64,000 nucleotides of DNA, taken from assembly GCA_044892525.1 (NCBI GenBank), contig CM097885.1, positions 33,668,001 through 33,732,000 on the forward strand, read 5' to 3'. This document shows, in pieces, positions 30,569 through 44,639 of the stretch. Position numbers and translations under genes: made by a program. The DNA is from Schmidtea polychroa. Its lineage: Eukaryota. Position 1 is the first letter of the stretch. Every line of letters starts with the position of its first letter. The notes below the pieces were generated by a model. It saw nothing but the letters and a program-made list of their open reading frames with translations, made no database searches and was not told where the DNA came from.

Positions 30569-31210
30569 ATGAAAGAATTTAAAAATTTAACAAAAAGATT
30601 AGAGAAAAATTCCAACCATATTAAAATTCCCATGAATGCTTTTATGGTTTGGGCAAAAGTTAACCGAAAACTCATGGCTACCCAATATCCGAATTTCTCA
30701 AATTTAGAAATCAGTAAATTACTTGGGAAAAAATGGAATGAAATGTCTGCAGAAGAGCGGACTCCATTTATCAATGAAGCCAAACAGCTTCGAATTGAGC
30801 ATTTGAATCAGTATCCAGAATTTAGATATCAACCTCGAAGACGACAAAAGAAATCGAAAAAATCTAAACCAATCAAAACCGATACGGTTTCTCCAACCAA
30901 TCAATGTTCGGCTGATTTTCACAATTTTGAAAATTTGAATTTACAGAAAATACCAAAATTCAATTATGCCGATTTGAATAATTTCGAGGTGAAAAACATC
31001 TACGACTTCCAGCCGGCCTCAATGAATTATAATTCTGAGATCAATTTATTTAATGATTATTTCGATCAATCCGTTGATTCGGTTTTCCAACCAATCGACA
31101 GCAATCTCCCATCCGTCAGTTCATTGATCTACAACAGTCATCCGTATACTTTCAATTATGATAAATCATTGGCGCCATTTAATTACATAGAAAATGAATT
31201 GTTTTTGTAG
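30569..31210 (+). CDS. Sox-family HMG-box transcription factor (divergent; YQPRRR end resembles SoxE)
   Basis: HIKIPMNAFMVWAK..NLEISKLLGKKW..ERTPFINEAKQLRIEH..YPEFRYQPRRR; AATAAA at ~31228. Upstream exons cannot be excluded. Confidence 0.93.
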   Translation: MKEFKNLTKRLEKNSNHIKIPMNAFMVWAKVNRKLMATQYPNFSNLEISKLLGKKWNEMSAEERTPFINEAKQLRIEHLNQYPEFRYQPRRRQKKSKKSKPIKTDTVSPTNQCSADFHNFENLNLQKIPKFNYADLNNFEVKNIYDFQPASMNYNSEINLFNDYFDQSVDSVFQPIDSNLPSVSSLIYNSHPYTFNYDKSLAPFNYIENELFL

Positions 31211-31537
31211 TTTGATTTTTCTATTTAATAAATACTTATTTCCATTACAAGGATTTTTATATATTTTATGAATTTTGGGTTAAATTTGGTGTCTGGTCAT
31301 CAAAGAGTTTATAACGATAACAAAAATGATAACTTTTCATAAAAATTTACTCAATTCTTAAGCGCTAATTGTAAGTACTAAATTTATTATCTTAAAATAT
31401 ACTACTTCTAAGTTGACAGTAGATAGTTTTTTAAAATAAATCGTGTTTTCCAAGACCGGACCCAAGTAAAAATATTTTAACTCTCAATCGTTTTTGTATT
31501 ACTTTAATTTAATTTACATTTAGAAGCAATGAAGCAG

Positions 31538-31790
31538 ACTTCTTCAGGCTAAGAATCGTATAAACCACAACTAAATGAAAATAAGAGTATTCAAACAAAT
31601 TAACAACTAATAATCGTAATCAAACTGTAATAAAAAGATATTTTAATAAAATTTTGATTAAAATATCTTTTTAATACAGTTTACGATTATTAGTTGTTAA
31701 TTTGTTTGAATATTCTTATTTTCATTTAGTTGTGGTTAATACGATTCTTAGTCTGAAAAAAGACTGTTAAGGGGTCGAAATATATAGCAA
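31538..31790. repeat. ~230-bp palindrome with hammerhead-like motif (family C)
   Basis: Arms 31538-31648 / 31655-31765; CTGAAAA..GAC(n)GTC-GAAA-TATA-TA-GC at 31753-31788; the inverted arm has CTGAAGA. Confidence 0.75.
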
Positions 31791-32161
31791 TGTTATATTT
31801 TAATATACTTAGTTTTCAATTATATAAACTTTGCCTTCGTTCTTTGATTATTTATAAATTTAATAATTACAAAAATTGATTAACAAGTACATTGCTAGTA
31901 TTGGCTACAAATACAACTGTGAAATTACCCTTAATGATGGATATCTAAAAGGAGACTGATAAGTAAATTTCAGATGCTAATTTGGAAATTAGGTCAAGTC
32001 CATTTTTTGTATTAACAAAATATTTAAAGATTTACGTTTCATTTAAAATTTTTGATAAGTTTACCATCAACTTTTGTGTGTTTTACCGTTATAAGCAATG
32101 CGTATTTATTATCTAATAATGTTTATTAAAGATATTTGGAGAAAATAAAGTTTGCTATACC

Positions 32162-32646
32162 CTGTGCCGGATTTACATATGGGCTAAGCGGACTTCAGCC
32201 CAGGGCCTCGTAATCTAGGTGGGCCTCCTTCCTCCGACTACTTGTATGCACTTCAAAATTGTTTATAGTAAAGAACTGTAAATCATTTGTAATAATAAAA
32301 ATCAGGAATAAAAACAATTTGTAAGTAGTCTACAAATCTAAATTATGTAATCAGTGGCGTAACTACACTGTCTGAGGCAGTGAGGCCCCTGGCAATAGGT
32401 TATGAATTTTCTATATAAATGTCTTATTTTCGGTATTATTAAAGGTTATAAATTTATTAACAATCTTTTTATCAGTTCTAAAATTTTAACTTTGTACGTA
32501 CAGTACATTAATTGCATATACTATCATTTATTAAATTATTAAGTAAAAAGAGTTCACAATTTCGTTCCTCATGATAAGATTTTATTAATTAGGGGCCTCC
32601 CAAGTTGTCCTAACCCAGGGCCTCCAGTTGGCTTAATCCGGCACTG
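32162..32646. mobile_element. hAT MITE
   Basis: TIR C(T/A)GTGCCGGATT; perfect 8-bp TSD GCTATACC. Confidence 0.9.
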
Positions 32647-35600
32647 GCTATACCCAAGTGAACTTGCATCAAGTTTTAAATAAACGGCTTATTGTTTATT
32701 TCATTTGGATTAGTGCAATATTCTTGAAAATTAAAGAATTTGGGTGTGAGGTTTTTATAAAATATTATCATTAAAAATTTCAATAAATCTTGTGAAAAAT
32801 ATGAGCATATGAGATTTAGGTAACAGATTGATAGTCATAGCTTCTTTGTGTAGCTATAAAATTTTTACTTCTTTTACTTTTGTTTACAGTCAGACAAACT
32901 TTTGATCAATTATAGCGATATTTTTCAGAAAATCGTTTATAGGTTGATAGTTTTTAAAGACATTTTAAAGATATGGTTGCCATAAAAGTGAGATTCACGT
33001 TTTCCTCAAAAATATTGCTCTTGTGCAGTATTGTTATTATTGCATAAGCATGAATGAGACAAGGCAGAATTAATGCTTGGTAGATCAATCTGAAATTTAT
33101 CATTCAGTCTTTGACAGGTTACCTCATTTATCATTCAAAACCAATTCATAAAATGAATACAAAAAGCGCATTGTATCGAATTCTTCTTTGCCAATCTAGA
33201 TCAGTTGAAAGACGATGTTACCACGTAGAAAATAATGAAAATATGCCTCAAAAACTTAATTGAATATTAAAGTTGAAGAACAAATAAATTATGACAAGAA
33301 AGTAAAATAGTTGTTAGGTATATAATCAACAGCAATGGCAATCTTCAATTTGGGCTATTGGTTATGATTCCGAGAAATAATACCAATGTTATATATAATA
33401 TATACCATGTTATATAATACCAATATAATTGTTTTAATAAAAAATACCAGAGAGAACTTTACAAACGGAAATTGAGAGATAAAATAAAAATTTCATTTTA
33501 TAATTTTGTTGAAATTAACTTTGAAATAATTTTTCACATAAAATTTATTTCTTAATTATAAAATTTAATTAATTTAAACAAAGAAATTAATGAAAAGAAT
33601 GATTTGAAATAAATTCAAATATCTAACAAATAACCATTAGAAAAGGTTATGAAAAATATATATTGGCTTTTTCCTTTTATATTTTCTTTCGTGAATTTTC
33701 CAAGGTGAAACTCACGTTTCAATCGTTCGTTTAAAAATGGTAAATTATTAAATATTCATAATCAAATTAATTTTTAAAAACTTCTTTTAATATGCTCACT
33801 GAAATTGTTATAGAATGCGAAATTCAATTTCAATTAAAAATAACAAAGAAAAAACAAATATAAACAAAAAATTCTTATGTTCTGGATTTTTAGTAGTAAT
33901 ACAAAAATCAAGTGTAGTTTTTTTTTTGAAAAAGAAAAGAAATCTGTAAACAACAAAAAATTAAAATTTGATTATTCTAATTTATGATTATGAATTCATA
34001 ATTGGTAAATAATTGACACAAGAATTAGTAATTTTAACTTTGTTTAAAGCTATTTCTTTGATTTTAATAGTGAAGATGATTAAAACTAAATGAATTTTTT
34101 AATTTTCGTTTTTTGTTTAAGAAAAAACAAAAAAAAATTTAAATATTGAGAAATTATGGTTCTCGTTCGTTTGTTCTAACGCATGCAGTCAATTCAACTT
34201 CTCTCAATTCGTTAGAACATCGTTTGAGAAAATAGAAACCTTTGCTAATTCAGTGTGTTTATTTTTTGCAAACGTAAAATGAATTTCATTACTTTAAAAG
34301 TGGCCGGAAATTATTTTGTTTAAATCAATTGAAAGCATTTCTTAATTTTAAATGTCGAAAATTTTTTTAATTTCCTTCTTCAAAGATGTTACATTTTTCA
34401 CCTTTGCATATGATTTTCAAAAAACCGGTTTATCTAGATTAATTTCAATATGAAATATTTTGCAATAAAATTTAATCAATTTTGAAATTTTTTCTCTCGA
34501 ACTATTTAAATGTTATCAATTTGGATTTTTATTAAAATTCTATTGGTTTATTTACATTTTAATTATTTTTTAATTAAATTTCATCGTTAGTTTCATATTT
34601 CAATTTATCAATAGTATGATCATTTTTAGTTTTTTATGATTTTTATTTATTTAATAATTTTAGTATTTAATGAAAATTAAATGAATTTATTTTATGATTT
34701 TAAATATACCTAAATTTAATAAATTTAATGATTAAAAAATATGAAACATAATTTTAATTAATTATGGGAGTTTTTCCTCAATTTATTATTAACGTGACTT
34801 AGTTAAACTTTAATAAAATCTAATAAATTTGAAAACAAACACACGAAAAATTCTATATTTTTAACAAATCAACTTCCTAATATTTAAAACAAAATTTCAA
34901 AATTCGAAAATTAGTCCAAAAAAGCCAACATTTCACCAATTCCGAAAAGTGAACAAAAAAATGAAGGACTTTACTCATTAATTTATTAATAGTTCAAATT
35001 TAAAATTAAAATAATTTTAATTAAACTAAAACGATATTAACTTATAAAACAACACTATGAAATGAACAATTAACATTAATAGCATTCAAGATCAATGAAA
35101 ATTAAAAAACTGTATAATTCTTGCAAGTATATATAATTTTAATATTATTTTAAAACTATAAAAATGAAATACCGCTTAATTCAATATAATTTGAAATTTT
35201 AACTTTATGCACTAATTTATCAATATGACTTTAAGATTTTCACAAATCCCATTTATAATTGACATTTTCCCTAAATTATATTTGATTACTAATTAACTAA
35301 TTAACTAATTACAACTTATTATGTTCAAATTTTATTCGAAACACTTAATAAAGTAAATAATTACTCTTCTTGAGTATTTAATTTAATGAATTGTCAAATA
35401 GTTCACAAAAGCTTACAAAATTAAAATTAACAAATACTAATAATTATTTAAAAATCAAACTTGAGAAAAATATTTTTATAATTATAATTTAAATAATAAA
35501 CAATTTTTTTAATTGGTAATAAAGATAAAGTGATTATTTTTGGTAGCAGCATTTATTAAATGTTATACAAGTAAATAATAATATAAGCCTTTTGCTGCAA

Positions 35601-35807
35601 AGTATATATTGAATGAAATGAAATATACTAGAGTATAAAAAGTTAATTTCTTGGAATCTAACAGTTTCAATTTTTAAATGCTTTCTGATCATTTTTCTTT
35701 TCATTTTCTCACTTCCTTATTGGTTAAAATAAATCAAAATAAAACTTTTTTCAAAAATTCGACATTAAATTCACTGTAAAATTCAAAATAAAAGAATATA
35801 AAAATAC

Positions 35808-35899
<92 letters not shown>
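35808..35899. repeat. (AAT)n microsatellite
   Basis: Direct inspection. Confidence 0.97.
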
Positions 35900-35901
<2 letters not shown>

Positions 35902-36924
35902 CTTTTGGCATTACCAAAAGAAAATCAACTAGGTTTCATATTATACATATAAATTATATGATATAGTATATGTTACTATTAAATAACATCCAATTAATCT
36001 GGTTACACTCTTTTTAAATTCAATCTGTTATAAGCATAAAAATATATACACTTGCGAATGTATACTATTTTAGTGTCATCAGCAAAAAAATTGCAAAGAA
36101 AATTGTGATGTAATTATAATGGGATATTTGATTTTCCTAACCTTTACCCTATATTATGTAATGCCTGCATGTGTGATTTATTATTTTTGATTGTCTGGGT
36201 CCTCAAGTTATGTCACTGATTTTTATTTCCCAAAAGCTATTGCTGATTGTGTTGGTGTCGACACACCGGGTACTATAAATAGTACCACAATTTCTTAAAT
36301 AAAGTTTTTGGAATTTATCAATTATTCTTATTCTTTACAAAAATTACACGCATTATTAAGTTATTTTTGCATAGGTTTATTGTCAACCCGTATAAAATCA
36401 CGTAAGTGTAACGTACAAATTTTTCAGATTTTAGCCGATTCAATTTGGAAATGTTGTAAAATGAATTCAATTTACAATTAAAATATAAACCGAGTAAATA
36501 CAATACCGCTCACTAAAATGAGGAGAACATCATGAATAAACGTAATGCAAGTGAGGATCGTTGTCTCTCTTAAATTATTGACTATATATAAAGAACTTCA
36601 AATGCCTGAGTAAAATGAACAACTTAACCAGTATCACAGTTGAAACTGGTACCACACAGAAATATAAACTAAATCTTGGAAGTTCGGATACTTAAGGATT
36701 TTCAATCAGAAATAGATTTTACTGACTTTCTAAGTAATCAGACTTTTAGAAATTGAGTGTTCTATCCAGAGCTACGGAGTTGGAGTCAGCATCGGAGTTC
36801 AGAAGAAATTCTTGACAGTGGACTGGAAGTCGCCAAAGATTTAATGACTCATACTCCAATTCAAGATTCCAATAAAATAAAAAATCACTTTAGTATGATT
36901 ATCTACACATAATTTAATTAATTA

Positions 36925-38149
36925 CGTGATGCTCTCAATATATAGTGAGACTGGCAAGTCATATAGAGTTTATTTCTAAAAATAATTTTCATTTTCATCG
37001 ACAAATTTTTTTCAAGGTGTAAGCAGATTTTGGAAGGTTATTTTAAAGCAACTCTGAGACTTTTTGCCTATAAAATGCTTCAGGTCATCTTTCAAATCCT
37101 CTTTTGTGCGAAATGCTGGACTCATAGTCATTTTTTGAGATGATTAAACAAGTAGAAGTCCTATAAAACCAAATTCGGACTGTATGGAGGATGGAAAAGC
37201 ACGTTAAGTTCACAACTCTTAATTGTATCTATTGAAACTGCATTTATGTGAAAAAGAGTGTTATTCTATAAGCAATAGAACCCACACATCCTGCTTTTTC
37301 TTCGGAGCTTACTTGTTTCTTGCCCAAGTTTGGAGTAAAAAGAGCTGTTAATTTGAACGCCACTTCTGCAAAACCAGGAAAATAATGCCATTGACATCCC
37401 AAAACACAGTCAACATAAGTGCCTTTCAGTGACTTGTTGATGACCTCATCTTCTTAGAACAGACATATCCCAAACAGTTTCTACTGTTCACATTCCAGTT
37501 TAGACTGTGGAACATAAAGTGAAAGCGGCGTCTCATAAGTGGTAATAATATTATCCAAAAAACACTCTCCAACATCGTTCAAAATCTGCAGGTTCTCTTC
37601 GCAGCGCTACATATATCGATTTTGCATTTGAGCAGTAAAAAACATATTACTAAGCTAGAGTCCAATTCTTTTATGCCACTTTCATTGAATAATACATAAA
37701 TAGTGACTTTACTCGCATTCAGGCGCATTGTTAACTTTCTGGTTGTAATTTTCCTTTCAGTCTGATAAATGTTTCTCACATTATCCATTATTTTTACTTT
37801 AATTTCACAAATCCTTCCCGGCTTTTCTTCATCATAGACTAATGTTCTGCCACTCTGGAAGAAACTGTACCAACGGTAAATTGTTGCTTTTGATGGGCAC
37901 TCACCTCCATAAATAGCACTCAGCTATGTATTGACATCTTCTCCGCTCTTGTATTTCATAAAGATAAACTAATGACACTGCGATGTAGACATTTTAAAAT
38001 AATTGCTAAAATTTCTTAATTAACTATTAACTGGTTAAAATAAATATCATTATATTTATCCATATACACAACTGAATATATATTTACTGTTTGGTTTATA
38101 TCATTTATTTGCTTCTATAAGGGTCTCACTACTTATTAAGTCCACCGCG
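36925..38149 (-). mobile_element. mariner transposon, decayed
   Basis: HPPYSPNL..DFYLF, MLTVFWD; degenerate ~28-bp TIRs ending TAGTGAGAC; TA TSD. Confidence 0.85.
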
Positions 38150-39889
38150 TAATTAATGGTTTAATTAATTCTACTCTTAATTTAAATTATTTAAGTTTTA
38201 CATGCTATAAGTTTGAATTGTTTCACTTCTAAATTTATTTGCAATTCACAACAAGTAAAATAATTTGGTAGTACATAATTGTGTGGAATATAGAAATTTA
38301 AAATAATTACAATATTACAAAATAACAATAATATGGCTTTTGTTTGTTTGATGTGGGCCCATATGTTGGAAGTACCTGCCATTTTTGAATCATAGTAGCT
38401 CAGAATTTTCCCACAATAATGAAAAGTTAAACTTCAAAATATATTTGGATAAATTGGAACTTCCAAGGATGAAGTGGAGACGTTTAAATGAAGAAACGGA
38501 ACCAACAAATCGATTAAATAAAATTGAAAAATATGACCACTTATCAAAATTGAATGTGATGAAGCCATCACTATTTACCATGCGACTAGATCTGCGACGG
38601 AAATGCCTCCAACACATGTAAGTAGGGAACGATTATTTTCAGCCTTGAAAATAATTAGTATGAATTTACGGTCATCTTTAAATATGGTACAATTTATAAA
38701 ATCATTTTAAATAACTTAAATAAATAATCGTATATCAGGGCTCACTAAATATTTCTCATAGTAATATATTGTTGTAGATAATAAAAATGTCAGATAATAA
38801 AATTATTGATTAATTTAACAATTAAAATTTACAAAAAACAAATAATAATGTATTTCATAAAATAGCATTGTAACATTTGGAATTGGATACATTTATTCAC
38901 AATTATTGCGAGGTAACTTAATGTCTGGTCCTTCCCTGGGAATTCTTGTTGTTCGCATGTTTGAGATTTCATGTAAATAGTTAACCCTAAATTCTCCCAA
39001 CACATTTCTTTCTTCTTCAGTTAAATTAATTATTTGCAGTGTAAAGCTGTCCTCAAATAAGTTGGCATAAGAATTATGTGTGACCAATAGCCCCACAGGG
39101 AGGACAAAATATCTTGTGGGATAAACTCGGACTATATATAATAATACTAATAGCAATGTTGTAGATATATTATTAACTTAATGATTATTTATATATTATT
39201 AAATTAATAAATATTTTTATTATCTACAACAAATATATATAAAAACTATTTTCTTGATTTATTAAAATACAATTTTTGTTGTGTTAATAACTTCGCAGAG
39301 ATCTCATTGACAGTCTCCAGCTAATCTTTCTTGTGAAATACCAAACTGTGATTTTATTTAAATAATTTTAATCTTGAAAATTATATTTAGTTAATTTTAA
39401 CTTCAGTTACAGAACCGCCATCGGGTTTTCTTGAAAGTTTAGCACAGTATTGCAAAGGCAAAGTAATGATATTTTTCCAACAGTTTTCCCATATAACAAT
39501 CAAATTAAAACCTAATTTATTTTTGTCGGTTTTTGACCTTATTTTAGCGCATCCTTTGGTTACCATATTGAACTAGTCTTGGGGCCTTTAAAATAAAGTA
39601 ACCCGTGCGAATTATGATTATAAAGGTTTGTAAGTTTACTTCTTTCAAAGTGAAAACTCACAAAATTATTGACACAAATATTTTTATTAAGCTACGTGGG
39701 AGAGATTCTTCGCTTTATACTTGATCTTCAGTTGTTCCTTTTAATTAAAAAATTAAATTTTAATTATAATAATAACATCAACTACTATATTATGTACAAG
39801 GATCCGTATTCAAAGCTCAGAATTCGACGAATAACGATACATATTTATTAAAAATATAATATTATTAGCAATAGATTAACTTTCTTGTT

Positions 39890-40631
39890 TTAGTCTATTT
39901 TCAAATTGAAGAGTCCTTTATTATTATTTACAATATCTTGTGGACTTTCGAAATGATTCAAAGGAGGATTTGTTAGAAGATCCTCCAAGCGGCATGGTTG
40001 AAAATCTCCATATAAAGAATAAAAATATTGGTTCCACATATTGAAGAAATAACCAAAATATAACTCTTCATTTGCAGATTCTGTTTGATTTGGGTGTTTT
40101 GAACTACTCGATTCGAGTTTGACTAAAGTAATTCTTAAAAAAATATTCAATAAAAATGTAAATAAACTTACCCGAGGATTTATGATTTAAAATACTGTCA
40201 ACAGACCAACAATGAGATTTCTTATTATTTTCTTTGTCGTTTGATTTAGAATCAACAGTTTTGCAAGTATTATTTCTTTTATCGCTTCCTTGGAAAATGT
40301 GTCTCTTAACTTTATGCTTTTTCAAAAAATATTTATTACACAATGTTTTTAAGCATATTTCACACATTACTCGATTTTTCAAGAAAGATTTGGATTTTAA
40401 TTTATCCGTTTTTGTCGCATCAATATGTTTAAACAAATTCTTTCTGCTTAAAAATTCATTGATATTATTTGTTTTATTCCAATGCATTTTAATTTTATGT
40501 TTATAATTGTAATATTTGTTGCAGAAAAATTTTTGGCACAATTTGCAATAACTCTCAGCATTTTTTTTAATTTTTGTATTTTCGGAACTTTTTTTAGTGA
40601 TGATTGAATTTATATTGATATCCATTCTCAA
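39890..40631 (-). CDS. Two-finger C2H2 zinc-finger protein, 2 exons
   Basis: CKLCQKFFCNKYYNYKHKIKMH and CEICLKTLCNKYFLKKHKVKRH; a 49-nt GT-AG intron at 40123-40171 joins ORF 40104..40631 in frame to ORF 39890..40150 (..HKSS|VKLESS..). The start codon is uncertain. Confidence 0.75.
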
Positions 40632-42042
40632 ATTTGACTTGAAATTTAATTTTTATAAATATTAATTGAAAATATCCAATTGGGTTTGAGAATGAAATTT
40701 TAACCAATTAACCAAGAGAAATTATTATCCAACCAATAAAAATTAAGAAATCAATTTTATTACAACTCACTAATTTATAAAATATAGACGAAAAACTTTT
40801 ATTAATTTGATACATTTATTTCATATCCTTATTTTCATTAAAATATAATTAAAGTAATTTAATATTGTTTTGAAAAGACAATTTAAATTCTTTTGAGATT
40901 TTCACAATTATTTTTATGTACAATTCAGCCTTAATTCTTTCAGAAGATATGATGCCATACATAGTTTTAAGTCATTCATATTAACTTCGCTGGCGTTGCA
41001 TGGATGTGGAACGCAAAACTAATTAACCCGCTTTCAGTCATCCGAATCACTCACACATAAAAGTTGTGTTTACAGCGCTAAAAGTTCATTTTTTTAAATA
41101 TGACAGCTTCTTATAAATATATAATTTTTAGAATAATAAGTTGTTTCATTTCCCAGAGTATCTAGTGTCTTAAGTCAATAAATTATGTTTGAGGTTTTTT
41201 CGGAAAAAGAATGAACTTAAAAACGATTAAAACCGTGAGATTTCTCATATAAAGAATTTATAATACAAATTAAGTTTTTGTGGTTTGACTTTTTAGGCAT
41301 TAAATTTCTAAGGGTAGTATGCTGTGATTCCTTAACACAGAATGGAAAATACCACCCACGCACCTAAAATATACCACCTAGTATTTCCCCTGGTATCCTC
41401 CCCCAATGAAATCTTTTTGACCCCTATTTTTTTTCTTTTTGATTTCTGTGCGTATTTTAAAGATTTATAACTCATTTGATTTGTAACAACTTCCTCTACT
41501 AACCATTTACAAAATTAAAAAAATTTAATTAATTAATTAAAATATCTATTAAAAAATGCAACTAATTTTTATTCTTATAAACTTCCGTCGCAGATTTCAA
41601 AAATTTTAAGCTCATTCGATTCGAAAAAATCTCTTCTACAAATTAATACTATTGTTTTACCAGAAAGGAATCTTTGATAATTTCTCACAAACTTGATTAA
41701 AATAAATATTTTTAACTCGTTCGAGTCGTAACAATTTCCTATACAAATTGATAGTAACAAATTATAAACTTCAACAAAATAAAAAAAAATATATTACTCA
41801 ACACATTCAAAACCTATTCATTATCAAAATAATTATTCGAATTTATCCAAATCAAATATACATAACTTATTTTAAATAGAAACTTTCTAAATTTTTATAT
41901 TCTGATGAATTATGTAAGATAACAAGTAAAATAACAATAAGTATGAAAATTTATAATTGCATACATTGTGTACTAATTTTATTAATCACGTTATAATAAC
42001 ATATAAGATAATAACAAATTTCAAAACACAAAATAGTTTATA

Positions 42043-42870
42043 ACAGTGCATCGCAACCTTTTCTCATCTACGACACACTAAAACTCTTCCTAGAATTTTG
42101 CGGTACACCAAAAACTAAATTATATAGATATTTAATTCAAACAAAAATATTACAATGACTTTTATTTCAAAGAAAAATACAAATATAACATCTACAAATA
42201 TAACGCTATCTTAAACATTATTATAAAATAATAATTAATGTGATTTCTGCGCTTGTTTTAATGAACACAAATGTTTAATATTCGGCTCGATTTTCGACAG
42301 CGCTACCCGAAGTTCTTCATCAAGATCCACTTTTTATAAAAATATTATTATAAGAACTTTTATTTCTTCCAATTTCACCATTGATTATTTTTATCATTGA
42401 ATTAAAAAGAGTTTGAAGACTCTCTTGAAATCCACTTGAAAAAGGCAGTGCCGAAAATTCGTGATATATACATCGATATATTACTTATTTATAGTCTTCA
42501 AACTCTCTTTTTTATTATAAAAATATATTTATAACATACATTAATGTAAAATTTGACCTTGATGCTTTTTGCATATCTTCTTAATATCGTGTATTTGAAA
42601 AATATACTCTTAACTCATTCTCAATTGAGCTAAATTTTTGTCTCTATTGTTCTTAATATTTATAAATGTAGAAATCCTGACTCGCACAAATAGGATGTTG
42701 AAAGTTGTAACAAAATTTTAGATTTCTTTTCACTGATATTTGGATATTCCTGTTCAATAAATATCCAAAAAGAATCGAAGAGAATTCCTGAATACTTTAG
42801 TCTCAATGTGCTGTCATTATTGATTTATATTAATTCTTCTTCGGTAAGATTTAAATGAATTTTATTTTTT
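42043..42870 (-). mobile_element. hAT (Buster/Charlie-type) transposase C-terminal remnant
   Basis: STSYLCESGF and ELRVALSKIEPNIKHLC..QAQKSH*; CAGTG..CAACC terminus; interrupted by the family B unit. Confidence 0.75.
42433..42463 (+). ncRNA. Minimal hammerhead motif, U3-A8 variant (family B)
   Basis: CAC-TTGAAAA-A-GGC(agt)GCC-GAAA-ATTC-GTG within a repeat at ~42404-42515. Confidence 0.65.
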
Positions 42871-43406
42871 TAAAAGGTCATTTATTTACTTAATTATTTC
42901 AATAAATGAAATATTACTTACAAAACCTGTATTATCTTTGGAACCAGCTATTTTTTATGTAATTAATTTTAAGCAAAGAAACTAACACAAAAAAAATACA
43001 TAAAACTGTGAAAAATAAAAAAAATTCAATTGGGCGTTATGGGTGTGAAATTATGGTAGTAGAAAGTATTAATAATTTCAAATTTTATTAATTATAACAA
43101 ATTAATTCTTCAATTAATTACTATAAAAGAAAATTCTATAGATATTTGCAATTTATTTTAATTTATAATGTTTTCTAAATCCGTTTTACTGACACTTTGT
43201 GAACATTAATAACAATATTAGACTAGTTTTGTCACAAGATTAAATGCATTTGACATTTATCGTTAAATAAATTAAACTATATTTTAAATTAATATAATTA
43301 CAATATTTTAAATAAAAGATCTAAAATTTGCATTATATTTAAGGAACCGTTAAAATAATCAATTCATAAAATAAATTCAGTAAAAATAGTCTTGTAATTA
43401 TAAGTA

Positions 43407-44127
43407 TCAGTGGTACATCCAGGGATAAAGTTCTGATCCTAAAAGACATTGAAAAAATTTCCAATAAACCCTTTTTATAACTGATTATAAAAACACCAAT
43501 TTTACGTGTTTTGAAAAATGTGCCTTCGGGGGGGATGTGGTAATCGTAAAGAATTTCCACCAATGAAGTCACTTTATAATAACAATCCACATGATCCATA
43601 TAAACCTCACCGGAAAATTTACCAAAAACTGCCTACAAAATAAAACTCACCACATGTAAAGAAATAATTTTTGAATCATTTTATATTGAAAAAATTAATT
43701 GAGTGAAATGTTTTAAGAATTTTTCCGATGAAACTTGTAACATTTCTAACTCGGATATAACAGTAAAGTTTGTGAATGATTCTTAAAGTTTGTTTTTGTA
43801 ATAGAAACTTCAAGATTACATTTTTACATAGTTACAGGGCTGTTTTGACTTGTTATATTTTGATGAGGTACCACTTATTTTGGAAAATTATATTTGTAGA
43901 TGAGCACAAATAAAATAAAATATTTTATCATTAGCCTTTGTCATTTGTTGTTACATGTGCCCCTACTAAATCCATTAAACCGTTCATCGACCTATCGTTG
44001 ATTTTTTATTATCTTTCGATCATAATGATGAGTGAAACAAAGGTTTTACTTTATTATCCTGTCATAAATATCAAAAAGTTGATTTTGTAATAATTTTATT
44101 TTCTGGAAAAATACACGAATCGCATTG
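43407..44127 (-). CDS. Candidate small multi-exon gene of unknown function (5' end unresolved)
   Basis: Phase-compatible GT-AG exons 44050-44127, 43955-43991, 43506-43632, 43407-43438 give ..NAIRVFFQKIKLLQNQLFDIYDRIIKSMNGLMDLVGAHAVFGKFSGEVYMDHVDCYYKVTSLVEILYDYHIPPEGTFFKTRSELYPWMYH*. No family recognised. Confidence 0.35.
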
Positions 44128-44639
44128 CTATTTGTAATTAAGTTGCCTTTCTTATTCATCAAGAACCAGAAGATTTATAAAAGGTTGATTTGAACACCAT
44201 CTTGGTGAATCTTTTGTTTTCCATAATAATTTTTTTAAAAGGTGTGTTGTGAGAAAATATTATAATACCTAATACATCTTTTACATGAAACAGGTATTAT
44301 TCGTTCCAATAACCCATTATGTGTATAGTAATGGACTATTATCAAAATTTATTTCAACGCGATAGAAAAACCACCAAACAACCTGCCAGTTCAACAAGCA
44401 AATTCGGTTACGCCATCCAATTTGAAAGAGGTAAATGATAGTTTTATCTTTTATTACCATCAAAATTTAATTTTAATATAAGGAATTGTTACATTGTTAA
44501 TCATTTTAAGTACTTGCATTCATCATACAGAATTTAGGAACAATGTCGTTATTTATCTTGTAAAATGTTTAAATTAAAATTAAACCTCAAAAAATTAGGA
44601 ATGCCCTCAGTTCACACCATTCGACTCGAAGATAATCAC

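Noticed and set aside
38385..38621. Homeodomain suggested by RMKWRR
   Set aside because: Lacks WFQN and helix 1-2 signatures.
41460..41770. Loosely repeated units resembling a CRISPR-like array
   Set aside because: Eukaryotic context with degenerate repeats and no unique regular spacers; likely the internal repeat of a MITE.
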